Source of the DNA: an uncultured Acidimicrobiaceae bacterium
GTDB lineage: Bacteria > Actinomycetota > Acidimicrobiia > Acidimicrobiales > UBA8190
Length of the DNA stretch: 64,000 nucleotides
NCBI GenBank assembly: GCA_963848355.1
Contig: CAWKDG010000001.1
Coordinates: 413,243-477,242, forward strand
Direction of reading: 5' to 3'
The translations under genes and the position numbers were made by a program. The notes below the pieces were generated by a model. It saw only the letters and a program-made list of their open reading frames with translations, was not told where the DNA came from and searched no databases. This document shows positions 11,518 through 20,902 of this stretch, in pieces (the first letter of the stretch is position 1; every line of letters begins with the position of its first letter).

Positions 11518-12417
11518 GTGAACCCACCGGTGGCGATGACGATCGCCGGCTCCGACTCCGGGGGCGGCGCCGGGATCCAGGCCGACCTGAAGACGTTCGC
11601 CGCGCTGGGCGTGTTCGGCACCAGCGCCCTCACCGCCGTGACGGCGCAGAACACCACGGCCGTCCTCGGTGTCCGGGCCCTCGAGCCGGCCTTCGTCGAT
11701 CTGCAGATCGAGGCCGTGCTGAGCGACCTTCCCGTCGCCGCCACCAAGACGGGGATGCTGGCGTCGGCGGCCACCGTGGCCGTCGTGGCCCGCAGGGCCG
11801 CCGCCGGCGACCTGCCCCGTCTGGTCGTCGATCCCGTCATGGTGACCTCCACAGGGACGCCCCTGCTCGACGACGACGGCGTCGCCGCCTATATCGAGCT
11901 CCTGCTCCCCCACGCCGCGGTGTGCACGCCGAACATGCGCGAGGCGGCGCTGTTGGCGTCGATGGCGGTGACCGACGTGACCGGGATGGAGGCGGCGGCG
12001 CGGCGTCTGGCCGAGTACGGGCCGGGCGTGGTGGTGGTGAAGGGAGGGCATCTCGGCGGTGACGTGGCACCGGACGTCGTGCTGGCCGACGGCGTCCTCA
12101 CCGTGCTCGACGGACCCCGGGTGACAACGGCCAACGACCACGGCACCGGGTGCAGCCTGGCCGCCGCCACCGCCGCCCTCTTGGCGCGCGGGGCGGCGCC
12201 CGTGGCCGCCATCGCAGAAGCCAAGGCCTTCGTGGCCGCCGCCATCGCCGGGGCGGCGTCGTGGACACTCGGCGCCGGGCACGGTCCGCTCGACCATTTC
12301 GGCTGGGGCCCGACACCGGGGTGCCCATCGAGACCCGCCCGCGTGATCCGCCCGTGTGATCCGCCCGTGAGAATGGCTGCAACGCTTTTGGGACCCGGCG
12401 CGTGTAAGACACTGTGA
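11518..12417 (+). CDS. thiD: Hydroxymethylpyrimidine/phosphomethylpyrimidine kinase
   Basis: In-frame part of ORF 11002..12417 beginning at GTG 11518: [27 protein letters not shown]...[12 protein letters not shown] 11536 is an alternative start. The roughly 35-aa C-terminal tail runs through a 13-bp repeat. Confidence 0.8.
   Translation: MNPPVAMTIAGSDSGGGAGIQADLKTFAALGVFGTSALTAVTAQNTTAVLGVRALEPAFVDLQIEAVLSDLPVAATKTGMLASAATVAVVARRAAAGDLPRLVVDPVMVTSTGTPLLDDDGVAAYIELLLPHAAVCTPNMREAALLASMAVTDVTGMEAAARRLAEYGPGVVVVKGGHLGGDVAPDVVLADGVLTVLDGPRVTTANDHGTGCSLAAATAALLARGAAPVAAIAEAKAFVAAAIAGAASWTLGAGHGPLDHFGWGPTPGCPSRPARVIRPCDPPVRMAATLLGPGACKTL
12338..12376. repeat. 13-bp tandem repeat, three copies, inside the thiD 3' tail
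   Basis: cccgcgtgatccg / cccgtgtgatccg / cccgtgagaatgg. Confidence 0.8.
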
Positions 12418-13073
12418 CGGAGTCCGCCGAGCGCCACCGGGGATACAGAGGTACCAGAGGAGGAGCGGACGTCGCCCGGCGCGACCGCAGGGCCGAGGAC
12501 GACTACGACGCCTTCTTCCACACCTCGTGGGGGCGGCTGCAGGGACAGGCCTACGTCCTGACCGGAAGTGTGGAACAGGCCCAGGACCTGACCCAAGAGG
12601 CGCTCCTGCGGGCCTGGACCCACTGGGACCGGATCGCCGGATACGAGGACCCCGAAGGCTGGACGCGCCGGGTTCTGCACAACCTCTGCATCCAGTCCTG
12701 GCGCCGGTCCCGGGTCCGCCGGTTCGACGGCACCCAGGAGGCGGCGATCGCCACCGTGTCCTCCACCGACGAGATTCCGGAGGATCACGTCCAGTTGGCC
12801 GGGGCCATGCGCCACCTTCCCGGTGACCAGGCGCGGGCCCTGCTCCTCCACGACGGACTGGGGATGACAGTGGCCGAGACGGCCCGGGAGCTCGGGGTTC
12901 CCGACGGGACGGTGAAGTCGTGGCTCAGCCGGGCTCGCAAGAGCGTCGCCGCACGTCTCGACCGGACCGTCCAAACGGCGCACGGGGTCGAAACAGCACA
13001 CGGGGTCGAAACAGCACACGGGGTCGAAACAGCACACGGCGTCGAAACAGCGCAGGGAGGTGGTGAGGCATGA
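12414..13073 (+). CDS. ECF-type RNA polymerase sigma-70 family factor with a C-terminal hexapeptide repeat
   Basis: Region 2 (DLTQEALLRAWTHWDRI) and region 4 HTH (MTVAETARELGVPDGTVKSWLSRARK). The GTG start overlaps the thiD stop (GTGA). The C-terminus is TAHGVE x4. Confidence 0.8.
   Translation: MTESAERHRGYRGTRGGADVARRDRRAEDDYDAFFHTSWGRLQGQAYVLTGSVEQAQDLTQEALLRAWTHWDRIAGYEDPEGWTRRVLHNLCIQSWRRSRVRRFDGTQEAAIATVSSTDEIPEDHVQLAGAMRHLPGDQARALLLHDGLGMTVAETARELGVPDGTVKSWLSRARKSVAARLDRTVQTAHGVETAHGVETAHGVETAHGVETAQGGGEA
12975..13057. repeat. 18-bp in-frame tandem repeat (about 4.6 copies) at the 3' end of the sigma factor gene
   Basis: acggcgcacggggtcgaa / acagcacacggggtcgaa x2 / acagcacacggcgtcgaa / acagcgcaggg. 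Confidence 0.95.
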
Positions 13074-14002
13074 CGACACCCGTCGACGAGGAGAGGGTGG
13101 GCACGGTCATGCGGGAGATGTTGAGCACCGGTGCGGCACGCCCGGCACCGGTGGTTCCGTCGGAGCTCCGGAGCCGGGCCCGTCGTCGTGCGCTGCGACG
13201 GGTGGACACGAAGGTCCTCATCGCCGTGGCCGCCGTGGCCGCCGTCATCGTCACGTTGGTCGCCATCGGACCGCTGCGGTCGAAGAACCCGCCGGTACAT
13301 GCGCCGACGGCGACACAACCGACGACCACGACGATACCGACCACGACGACGCCACCGACCACCACGACGACGGCCGTGCCGGTGGCGGCGGCGTCCCAAC
13401 TCGATACCTACGTCGCCGACGAGGCGGCCACGGACTCGGCCGCAGCCACCACCAGCGGCGTGACCCGACGATTTGGAATACCTCCTGTCATCAGCGTCCA
13501 CAGCGCGCCGGTGAACGACGACGGACGGACGGTGGCGGTGGCCGCCTTCTCCTACGATCCCGGTGGGCATCCCGTGCAGGTCCTCGGCTACAGCGCCGGG
13601 CAATGGACGGTGCTGGCCGCTCTGGTCTCACCGATGGGGCTCCCACCCGAGGTTCCCGATTCCGTCGTGCTCCTGACGGCTGGTCCGGTGGCGGTGGCCG
13701 ACGTCACCGGCGACGGCCAGCCCGACTTCCTGGTCATGGCGAGCGCGGCGGACAACGTCCCCGGCTTCGTCGTCTCACAGGCCGGCGGGACGTGGCGGTA
13801 CATCCCCTTCCTCGGCCCTTATGCGCCGTCACCGACAGACGTCATGGCCCGGTCGCCGCAGTTCCGGGGCAACACTCTCGTGTCCGACTACAACAATTGT
13901 GTTCCCGACTGCGCATCGGGAACGAACTCCACCATCGTCTGGACCTACCAGCCGTCCACGGGCGAGTTCACAGCCCCCGATCCCCCGGGCTACCCCAGCT
14001 AG
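13070..14002 (+). CDS. Single-pass membrane protein, candidate anti-sigma factor
   Basis: ATGA overlap with the sigma gene. It has a short cytoplasmic N-terminus, a TM segment (VLIAVAAVAAVIVTLVAI), a Thr/Pro-rich linker and an extracytoplasmic domain with VADVTGDGQPDFLV (FG-GAP/VCBS-like). The function is inferred from position only. Confidence 0.5.
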   Translation: MTTPVDEERVGTVMREMLSTGAARPAPVVPSELRSRARRRALRRVDTKVLIAVAAVAAVIVTLVAIGPLRSKNPPVHAPTATQPTTTTIPTTTTPPTTTTTAVPVAAASQLDTYVADEAATDSAAATTSGVTRRFGIPPVISVHSAPVNDDGRTVAVAAFSYDPGGHPVQVLGYSAGQWTVLAALVSPMGLPPEVPDSVVLLTAGPVAVADVTGDGQPDFLVMASAADNVPGFVVSQAGGTWRYIPFLGPYAPSPTDVMARSPQFRGNTLVSDYNNCVPDCASGTNSTIVWTYQPSTGEFTAPDPPGYPS

Positions 14003-14014
14003 GAGGGGCGGCCC

Positions 14015-14503
14015 CTAGACGAGGATGCGCTCCTCGGGGGCGCGGACACCGAGGACGGCCAGGACCCGACCGAGGCCGAGGAACATCCCGCAGCACATGG
14101 TCAGATCGGCGATCTCGTCGTCGGCGAACGCAGACCGCAGCCGGACCCAGAAGGCGTCGTCCATGGCCAGGTGGTCGAGGGCGAAGCGCTCGGCGTACTC
14201 GGCCGCCAGTCGCTCGCGGTCGCTGAGCGCCTCACTCGTCCGCCACGAGGCGACCTCGCCGTAGAAACCCTCGTCCACGCCGGACTCGGCGCCGTCGCGG
14301 GCGCGGGTGTCGCGGCAGACGACGCAGTCGTTGATGATGGCGATCGTCCACCGGGCCGCCTCGCGCTCGCGCAGGGGGAGCCGGGTGTTCTCGTAGACGG
14401 CGGTCGAGAGCGCACCCATGCCGACGGCCATTTCGGGCCGGACGAGGGCCCAGTCCACGTGTTCTCCGAGTCCGCGTTCGGGAAATGCGATCCGTGCCAT
14501 CAC
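14015..14503 (-). CDS. Carboxymuconolactone decarboxylase (AhpD-like) family protein
   Basis: 162 aa with a CxxC motif (NDCVVCRD) in the usual CMD-family context. Confidence 0.7.
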   Translation of the reverse strand: MMARIAFPERGLGEHVDWALVRPEMAVGMGALSTAVYENTRLPLREREAARWTIAIINDCVVCRDTRARDGAESGVDEGFYGEVASWRTSEALSDRERLAAEYAERFALDHLAMDDAFWVRLRSAFADDEIADLTMCCGMFLGLGRVLAVLGVRAPEERILV

Positions 14504-14593
14504 CCGACGCTACCTCCCGCCGCCGGCTGCGGGGCGGTGCGGACCCCGCTGTACACTGACGGCGTCCGGCCCGACGCCAATGGACGTCACCCC

Positions 14594-15215
14594 ATGCCCC
14601 GTCCTCCCCACGACGCACCCCCGTCCGCCCCCCGCCGGCGGCCTCCGGGACCGAGCGCACGACCGGCGATGATCCCCCTCGGGATCGCCGCGTTGGTCCT
14701 GATCGGCGGGGGCATCAGTGCCGCGCTCGACCACCAGCGGCGTCGCCAACCCCGCTCCCACGCGCACGCTCGTGACGGCGCGCGGGGCCGGCATCACCGC
14801 CGTTCCCGGCCGCGGCGACCTGCGCCCGATCATCGTCGGCGGGCAGCCACCGTCGGATATCCTGAACGTCGTCCCCGTCCCCGAAGCAGCCACCGTCAAG
14901 ACGGGCTCGGCCGCCGACAACGGGATCGGTCTCTACGACCATTCGCTGTCGTTCGCCATCCCCGTGTCCGAACAGAAGGTCATCACCTTCTTCCGCGCCG
15001 AGTTGAAAGCGCTCAAGTGGCAGCTGGTGACGCAGGGGCCGCCACCGCACGGCACGCCCGGGTACCGGATCGTGGGCCAGCACCCGAGCAGCGACGGCTA
15101 CGAGTGGGAGCTCGGTGTGACGGTGGCGCCCACCGCGTTCGGCTCGGGATCGGGCGCGGCCGACCAGTCGACGGCGTTCACGATGAGGCTGTTCGCCGTC
15201 ACCGACGACGACTGA
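14594..15215 (+). pseudogene. Membrane-anchored hypothetical protein, apparently split by one extra base in a G5 run
   Basis: ATG 14594 (frame 2) encodes a Pro-rich N-terminus plus TM MIPLGIAALVLIGG. The coding-looking domain is ORF 14718..15215 in frame 0. Deleting one G at 14708-14712 joins them (…LIGGASVPRSTTSGV…). Confidence 0.45.
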
Positions 15216-16615
15216 CGACCGGAGAGGGTCCCGACCTCGAGCGGGGGCGGTTCCGCCACCTCCTCGGCCGGGAGGGGAAGCGGTGAGACCCGCCCCTCGC
15301 TGCGCAGGAGCCACGCCCAGATGAAGAAGTCGACCGGGTAGAGCAGGTAGCCGATGCGTGTGGCCGGCGCCACCAGGATGGCGATGAGCATGACCCAGCC
15401 GAGCAGCCGCGCCAGGTCGGCCGGCGACCGGGGGGTGTGGCGGATCAGCACGAAGAGCAGGAGAAGGCCGCCGACGATGGCCACCACCGCCGTGAAGAGC
15501 CGGTGGATGCCGGGGAACCACGAGACGATGGCATGGCCGAGCAGAGGGCTGGAGGCGGGCGAGGTGATGCCGGCCAGACCGAGCGGGAAGCGGACGACGT
15601 TGTCGATGAAGGCGGCCGGGTTGCCCACGAAGGTGGGCAGGATCGACGGGATCATGACACCGGCCAGACCGGCGGCCAGCCACAGGGTCGGACGCCGGCC
15701 CCGGTGGCCGGAGCGGTCGGTGGCCACCAGGAGGGCCAGGAAGGCCAACGGCCACGCCGTGATCTTCATCGACGAGGCGATGCCGAGGACGACCCCGGCG
15801 GCCAGGGGTCGTCGCCTCTGCAGGAGCACCAGGCCGAGGAGGAGCAGGGCGGCGATGGGGACGTCGTCTCCCCCCGTGGCCAGGGGCAGGGCCGCCGTGG
15901 GGAAGACGGTCATGGACTGCAGCGCCAGGACCCGCGGGCCCGACGGGCCGCGGCACATGGCCAGGGCGGCCACGACCACCAGGATGGTGATGAGGGAGAA
16001 GGCCACCCGGGCGTCGGTCAGCCGCCGCGGCGCGTTGGTACTGCTGGGCAGGCCGAAGAGCGACATCAGCGGCAGGTACGGGTTGTAGACGTCGTAGGCC
16101 GGCTGACCGGGGGGGGCCGAGACACGCTCGTGGTGCCCGTCGATGTCCCGGTAGAGAGGCTTGCCGTGGGCCAGGCGCGCCCCCGAGCCCTCGACCACCA
16201 GGGCTTCCGGTTGCACGTGGGAGGTCCCGCCGCTGTCGGTCTGCCAGAGCACCTCGAGGGCGAGCGGGCCCAGGGTGGCACCGACGAAGACGACGAGGAA
16301 GATGACGGTGCGTGACGTCGTCCAGTGCCAGGTCGGTGAGGCGTCGTGCATCGGTGCACCGGCACCGACCGAGGCCGCCACGGCGGCGGCATCGGCCCGG
16401 CGTCGCGCCCGGCGGGCGGCGACAGCCGACGCCACCGCCCCGAGCGCATAGGGGCCGACGGCCAGACGACCCCACTGCTGGTAGAGGGCGATCGACGACC
16501 CTTGGGCCGTGATGATGGCGAACAGCGCCGCCGCCGCATAGAGAACGGCATCACGCTCTTCCGCGCTCCACGACGCGACCACCCGGGCACCGCGCCCGAA
16601 GAGGCGGCTGGGCAT
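15098..16615 (-). CDS. Polytopic membrane glycosyltransferase, GT-C fold (GT87/DUF2029-like)
   Basis: C-terminal 506 aa of listed ORF 15098..17860, starting at MPSRLFGRG (ATG 16615). It has many TM segments and a loop YDVYNPYLPLMSLFGLP. The part of that ORF upstream of 16615 is antisense to the S9 peptidase gene. Confidence 0.5.
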   Translation of the reverse strand: MPSRLFGRGARVVASWSAEERDAVLYAAAALFAIITAQGSSIALYQQWGRLAVGPYALGAVASAVAARRARRRADAAAVAASVGAGAPMHDASPTWHWTTSRTVIFLVVFVGATLGPLALEVLWQTDSGGTSHVQPEALVVEGSGARLAHGKPLYRDIDGHHERVSAPPGQPAYDVYNPYLPLMSLFGLPSSTNAPRRLTDARVAFSLITILVVVAALAMCRGPSGPRVLALQSMTVFPTAALPLATGGDDVPIAALLLLGLVLLQRRRPLAAGVVLGIASSMKITAWPLAFLALLVATDRSGHRGRRPTLWLAAGLAGVMIPSILPTFVGNPAAFIDNVVRFPLGLAGITSPASSPLLGHAIVSWFPGIHRLFTAVVAIVGGLLLLFVLIRHTPRSPADLARLLGWVMLIAILVAPATRIGYLLYPVDFFIWAWLLRSEGRVSPLPLPAEEVAEPPPLEVGTLSGRQSSSVTANSLIVNAVDWSAAPDPEPNAVGATVTPSSHS

Positions 16616-16704
16616 GGAGACAATGCTACGCCCCGTCCGCCGCCCGATTTCGGCCCCGACCTCGGCGCCGGCCTCGACCCCGGGCGGCGGGGTGGCGGTG
16701 GCGG

Positions 16705-18663
16705 TCACCCGGACCCGTCGATGCCGAGGACGTCGCGTACGAAGGCGATCTCGAGCTCGGCGCAACGGGTGAGCGTCTGCGCCTTGCGGAACCCGTGACC
16801 CTCGCCGTCGAAGAGGACGAGGTCGCAGCGCACACCGCGCGCCCGTAGCGCCGCCGCCATGCGCTCTGCCTGGTCGGGCGGGACGACGGGATCGTCGGTG
16901 CCCTGGAGGAGCAGGACGGCTCCCTCCACCCGCTCCGGGTGGCGGGCCGGCGAGCGGTCGTCGTAGAGGGAGCGGGCCTCGGGCCACGGGCCGATCAGGC
17001 GGTCGAGGTAGCGGGCTTCGAATTTGTGGGTGTCGGCGGCCAGGGCCTCGAGGTCGGTGACCCCGTAGGCCACGACGGCGGCGACGAAGGGACCCCCGGC
17101 GTCGAGGCACCGCAGGGCGGTGAGGCCGCCGGCGCTCGTCCCCTTCACCACCATCCGACCGCCGTCGACCAGGCCGGCGTCGGCCAGGAAGCTGGCGGCG
17201 GACCGGCAGTCCTCGGCGTCGGCCACCCCCCAGGCCCCGTCGAGGAGGCGCCGGAAGCGTCGCCCGTGCCCGGTGGAGCCCCGGTAGTCGACGAGGGCCA
17301 CGGCCACCCCCCGGGTCGTCCACAGCTGGACGGCGGGGTCGAAACCCGGTTGGGCCCCGGCCGTGGGACCGCCATGGCAGACGACGACCAGAGGGGGTGG
17401 CGTGGCCGCCGGACCGCTCCACCCGGGGGCGCAGGGGGCGAAGAAGAGCAGCGAGGCCGTCGCCCCCGTCGCCGTGGGGAAGGTGAGCTCCTCGGGGGAC
17501 GAGACCCACGCCGGGTCGAGGGGGGAGGAGGTGGGCCGGTAGAGCTCCTCGACGGTCGGTTCGGCCGCGGCGGCGCCCACCGTGACCCGGTAGAGGGCCG
17601 GGGCGGCGGTGGTGCTGGCCCCGATCACGACGACGGCGTCGCCGCCGCCGATCGACGGGCCGCAGGCGAGATCGCCGATGCTCACGCACGGTTGCTCGAC
17701 CTCGCGCACCCCGTCGGTGTCCCGGTCGACGAGGCCGAGACGGTCGCGGCCCCGGCGGTGGACACGGCAGGCCAGGCGACCGTCGGGGCCGACGTCGATG
17801 GTGGCCTGGCCGAGCACCCAGTCGGCGCCGGCGAACTCGGCCTCGTCGCTGGCCATGCACCGGGGCGGCTCACCCCGGTGCCAGCAGTAGGGCTGCCACC
17901 ACCCGGCCCGGTCGGAGACGAACCAGAGATCCTCGCCCGCCCACGTCGGCTGGCCCACCGACTCGTCGGCTCCACCGGCGACGCAGGTGGGATCCCGCAG
18001 GCCCGGGTCGTCGGGGCTGTCGGGGCTGTCGCGGTGGGCCGGCCCGGCGAGGTCGGCCACCCAGAGCTCGCAGCCGTCCCAGGGCATGTTGGGGTGGTCC
18101 CAGGCCAACCAGGCCAGGCGGCGACCGTCGGGGCTGGGGCGGGGGGCGGCGAAGAAGTCGCGACCGGCCGCCAGGACGGCCGGGACGAGACGCCCGAGAC
18201 GGTCGACGGCCACCACCTCGTCGTCGACGCCGCCGGCGTGGTGCCGTTCGCGGAGCGAGACCACGAAGCGCCCGCCGGCCACGGGCCGGGCGTCGGCGTA
18301 GCGGTGCGACTCCCCCGCCGGCGCCGGTGGGGTGAGGCGGACGGGGTCGGCCCCCGGGTCGAGCCACCACAGGGCCTGGTCGTCGAGGGCGGTGTAGACG
18401 AGGCTGTCCCCCTCGGCGAAGTGGGCACCCCCGCCGTATTCGTGGACGCGGGTGCGGACGCTCACCCCGGGGGGCGAGACCTCCTCGGGGGCGGCCCCCC
18501 GGCGCAGGCGCATCACGGCCATCCGGCCGCCGTCGTGGGGGCGGCTCTCGGACCACCAGCAGGTGTCGCCGACGACCTGGAGGCCAGCCAGCGAGACACG
18601 GGCACCGCCCATCACGGCGGGTGAGAGCGGCGACGGCCAGGTGCCGTAGGGAGCGCGCGTCAC
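16705..18663 (-). CDS. S9 family (prolyl oligopeptidase / acylaminoacyl-peptidase type) serine peptidase
   Basis: 652 aa with an N-terminal beta-propeller-like region and a C-terminal hydrolase with nucleophile elbow VKGTSAGG and VALVDYRGSTGHGRRF. Confidence 0.85.
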   Translation of the reverse strand: MTRAPYGTWPSPLSPAVMGGARVSLAGLQVVGDTCWWSESRPHDGGRMAVMRLRRGAAPEEVSPPGVSVRTRVHEYGGGAHFAEGDSLVYTALDDQALWWLDPGADPVRLTPPAPAGESHRYADARPVAGGRFVVSLRERHHAGGVDDEVVAVDRLGRLVPAVLAAGRDFFAAPRPSPDGRRLAWLAWDHPNMPWDGCELWVADLAGPAHRDSPDSPDDPGLRDPTCVAGGADESVGQPTWAGEDLWFVSDRAGWWQPYCWHRGEPPRCMASDEAEFAGADWVLGQATIDVGPDGRLACRVHRRGRDRLGLVDRDTDGVREVEQPCVSIGDLACGPSIGGGDAVVVIGASTTAAPALYRVTVGAAAAEPTVEELYRPTSSPLDPAWVSSPEELTFPTATGATASLLFFAPCAPGWSGPAATPPPLVVVCHGGPTAGAQPGFDPAVQLWTTRGVAVALVDYRGSTGHGRRFRRLLDGAWGVADAEDCRSAASFLADAGLVDGGRMVVKGTSAGGLTALRCLDAGGPFVAAVVAYGVTDLEALAADTHKFEARYLDRLIGPWPEARSLYDDRSPARHPERVEGAVLLLQGTDDPVVPPDQAERMAAALRARGVRCDLVLFDGEGHGFRKAQTLTRCAELEIAFVRDVLGIDGSG

Positions 18664-18685
18664 GGAAGCCGTACGGTACCTCCCG

Positions 18686-19747
18686 GTGACGACGACCCCG
18701 GGTACCGCCGCCCTCCCCGAGACGTTCCCCGCCTACCTGGTGACCCGCCACGACCCCGGGGCGCCCGGGGCGGTGGGCGACGCCGCCGCCGGGGAGATCA
18801 CCCGGGGCGTGGCCTCGCTGACGCTGGCCGACCTGCCCGCCGGGGAGGTCCTCGTCCGGGTCGCCTGGTCGTCCGTGAATTACAAGGATGCGCTGGTCAC
18901 GGTGCCGGGGAACCGGGTGGCCCGGATCTCCCCGCTCGTCCCCGGTGTCGACCTGGCCGGCGTGGTGGTGGCCAGCGAGGACCCCGCTCTGGCCCCGGGC
19001 ACCGCCGTCCTGGCCCACGGGCACGACCTGGGGGTCTCCCGCCACGGCGGGTTCGCCGCCTGGGCCCGGCTGCCGGCCGGCATGGCGCTGGCGCTGCCCG
19101 ACGGCCTCTCGGCCCGACAGGCCATGGTCATCGGGACCGCCGGGTTCACCGCCGCCCTCTCGATCGACCGGCTCGAGCACCACGGGCTCTCGCCCGGCGA
19201 CGGCCCCGTTCTCGTCACCGGGGCCTCGGGCGGGGTCGGCTCGTTCGCCGTGACCCTCCTGGCCGCCCGGGGCCACGAGGTGGTGGCGAGTACGGGGAAG
19301 ACCGACGAGCGGCGATGGTTGCTCGATCTCGGTGCCGCCGACGTCATCGGGCGCGACGACCTCGACGTCGATCCGGGCCGGGTCCTCGGCCCGCCGCGCT
19401 GGGCCGGCGCCGTCGACTGTGTCGGCGGCGTCACCCTGGCCCGGATCCTGCGCACCCTGCGCTACGGCGCGGCGGTGGCGGCCAGCGGGCTCACCGGGGG
19501 CCCGGCCCTGGAGACGACCGTCTTCCCGTTCATCACCCGCGACGTGGCGCTGCTCGGCGTCGACACCGTGGCCACGGCGACGGCGCGACGGCGGGTCGTG
19601 TGGCAGGGCCTGGCCCGCGACGTCGCCCGCCTCGACCTCGACAGGCTGGTGGCCGACGAGGTGACCCTGCACGGAGTGGGGAACGCCGTCGACGACGTGC
19701 TGGCGGCGCGGGTACGCGGGCGCGTCCTCGTCCGCCCCGTGGAGTAG
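18686..19747 (+). CDS. MDR-family NADPH:quinone/acrylyl-CoA reductase (YhdH/AcuI-like)
   Basis: 353 aa with SSVNYKDALVTVPGNRVARISPLVPGVDLAG and nucleotide site VTGASGGVGSFAV. Confidence 0.8.
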   Translation: MTTTPGTAALPETFPAYLVTRHDPGAPGAVGDAAAGEITRGVASLTLADLPAGEVLVRVAWSSVNYKDALVTVPGNRVARISPLVPGVDLAGVVVASEDPALAPGTAVLAHGHDLGVSRHGGFAAWARLPAGMALALPDGLSARQAMVIGTAGFTAALSIDRLEHHGLSPGDGPVLVTGASGGVGSFAVTLLAARGHEVVASTGKTDERRWLLDLGAADVIGRDDLDVDPGRVLGPPRWAGAVDCVGGVTLARILRTLRYGAAVAASGLTGGPALETTVFPFITRDVALLGVDTVATATARRRVVWQGLARDVARLDLDRLVADEVTLHGVGNAVDDVLAARVRGRVLVRPVE

Positions 19748-19750
19748 CGG

Positions 19751-20396
19751 TCAGGTGCCCGGCGGCGCCGTCGTCTGCGTCTGCGGCGAACCCTTGCCGA
19801 AGACGGGTGAGACGTTGACGGTGCCGCCGTTGCACACCACGAACTGCCCCGAGACCTGCAGCGCCGTGCTCGTGCCCGGCGGTGTGGCCTCGATCGCCGT
19901 CGCCGTGGGGCACGAGGTCTCGGTGCCCGTGGTGACGTCGGAATAGGCCATGTTGAAGTACGCCGTCGCCCCCCCGGCCACCTGGACCGTGGCCGGGGCG
20001 AAGGTGGTGAACGACGGGCCTCCCCCTTCGACCGTGTTGGTGGCGATGTCGGCACCGCCGGGACCGAGGAGCTGGATTCCGGGATAGCCGTCGAGCGGGC
20101 ACGTGGCCGACGAGGTGTTGCGGAAGCCGAAGGTCACCTCGAAGGTACCGGCCGCGCCTTGCGTCCCGAGGATGCTCACGGTGTAGTTGGCCCCTGTGCA
20201 CCCGGGCACTGTCGAAGTGGTGGCGCTCGGTGCCGTCGTGGGCGGCGCCGGACGCGGCGGTGGTGCTCGTCGTGGCGTTGGACGGCGGTGTGGCCGACGG
20301 GGTGGGCGACGAGCACCCGGCCGCGCTGGCGGTGCCGGCGAGCACGAGGAAAGGCACGATCCACCGGGCCGACAGCCCGGCGCGCAGATGGATCAA
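19751..20396 (-). pseudogene. DUF4232-type secreted lipoprotein, frame broken once
   Basis: The lipobox signal peptide (MIHLRAGLSARWIVPFLVLAGTASAAGCSS, start 20396) and the DUF4232-like domain (…TVPGCTGANYTVSILGTQGAAGT…C…, ORF 19751..20209) lie in frames offset by +1. Both frames are open and Thr/Pro/Ala-rich around 20215-20265. Confidence 0.6.
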
Positions 20397-20893
20397 GAGC
20401 TGAAGTCCTCCGGACGCACCGTGTCGAGGAACTGCCGGAACTCCCCGACGAGCTCTTCGGGGGTGGCCGACTCTTCGTCATCGTCGTCGGTGGGCAGGAG
20501 GATCCCTTCGGAGTCCATCAGGTCGTCGGCCACGAACAGCGGGCTGGCGGTGCGGACGGCGAGGGCCACAGCGTCCGACGGCCGGCTCGAGACGGTGAGG
20601 ACGCCGTCGGTCCGCTTCAGGTGGAGCTCGGCGTAGTAGGTGGCCGAACGCAGCTCGGTGATCACGACGCGCTCGAGACTGGCACCGAGAGTCTCCACGA
20701 CGTCGCGCATGAGGTCATGGGTCATCGGGCGCGGAGGGGCGACCCCTTGGATGGCGAAGGCGATGGCCGTCGCCTCGGGAGCCCCGATGAAGATGGGGAG
20801 CGTCCGGCCCACGCCCTCCGTCTCGGTCAGGAGAAGGACAGGGGTGTTCGACTGGAGGTCCACCCTCACCGCGCTAAGCCGGACTTCGACCAT
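20393..20893 (-). CDS. Bifunctional nuclease (BFN/DUF151) family protein
   Basis: 166 aa. VRVDLQSNTPVLLLTE...LPIFIGAPEATAIAFAIQGV...RPMTHDL is characteristic of this family. Confidence 0.8.
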   Translation of the reverse strand: MVEVRLSAVRVDLQSNTPVLLLTETEGVGRTLPIFIGAPEATAIAFAIQGVAPPRPMTHDLMRDVVETLGASLERVVITELRSATYYAELHLKRTDGVLTVSSRPSDAVALAVRTASPLFVADDLMDSEGILLPTDDDDEESATPEELVGEFRQFLDTVRPEDFSS

Positions 20894-20902
20894 GCCTGCA
20901 AC

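Noticed and set aside
15098-17860. 920-aa ORF read as a single protein
   Set aside because: Only the C-terminal 506 aa (from MPSRLFGRG, 16615) look like a membrane protein. The upstream part is Arg/Pro-rich and overlaps the S9 peptidase gene on the same strand in another frame.
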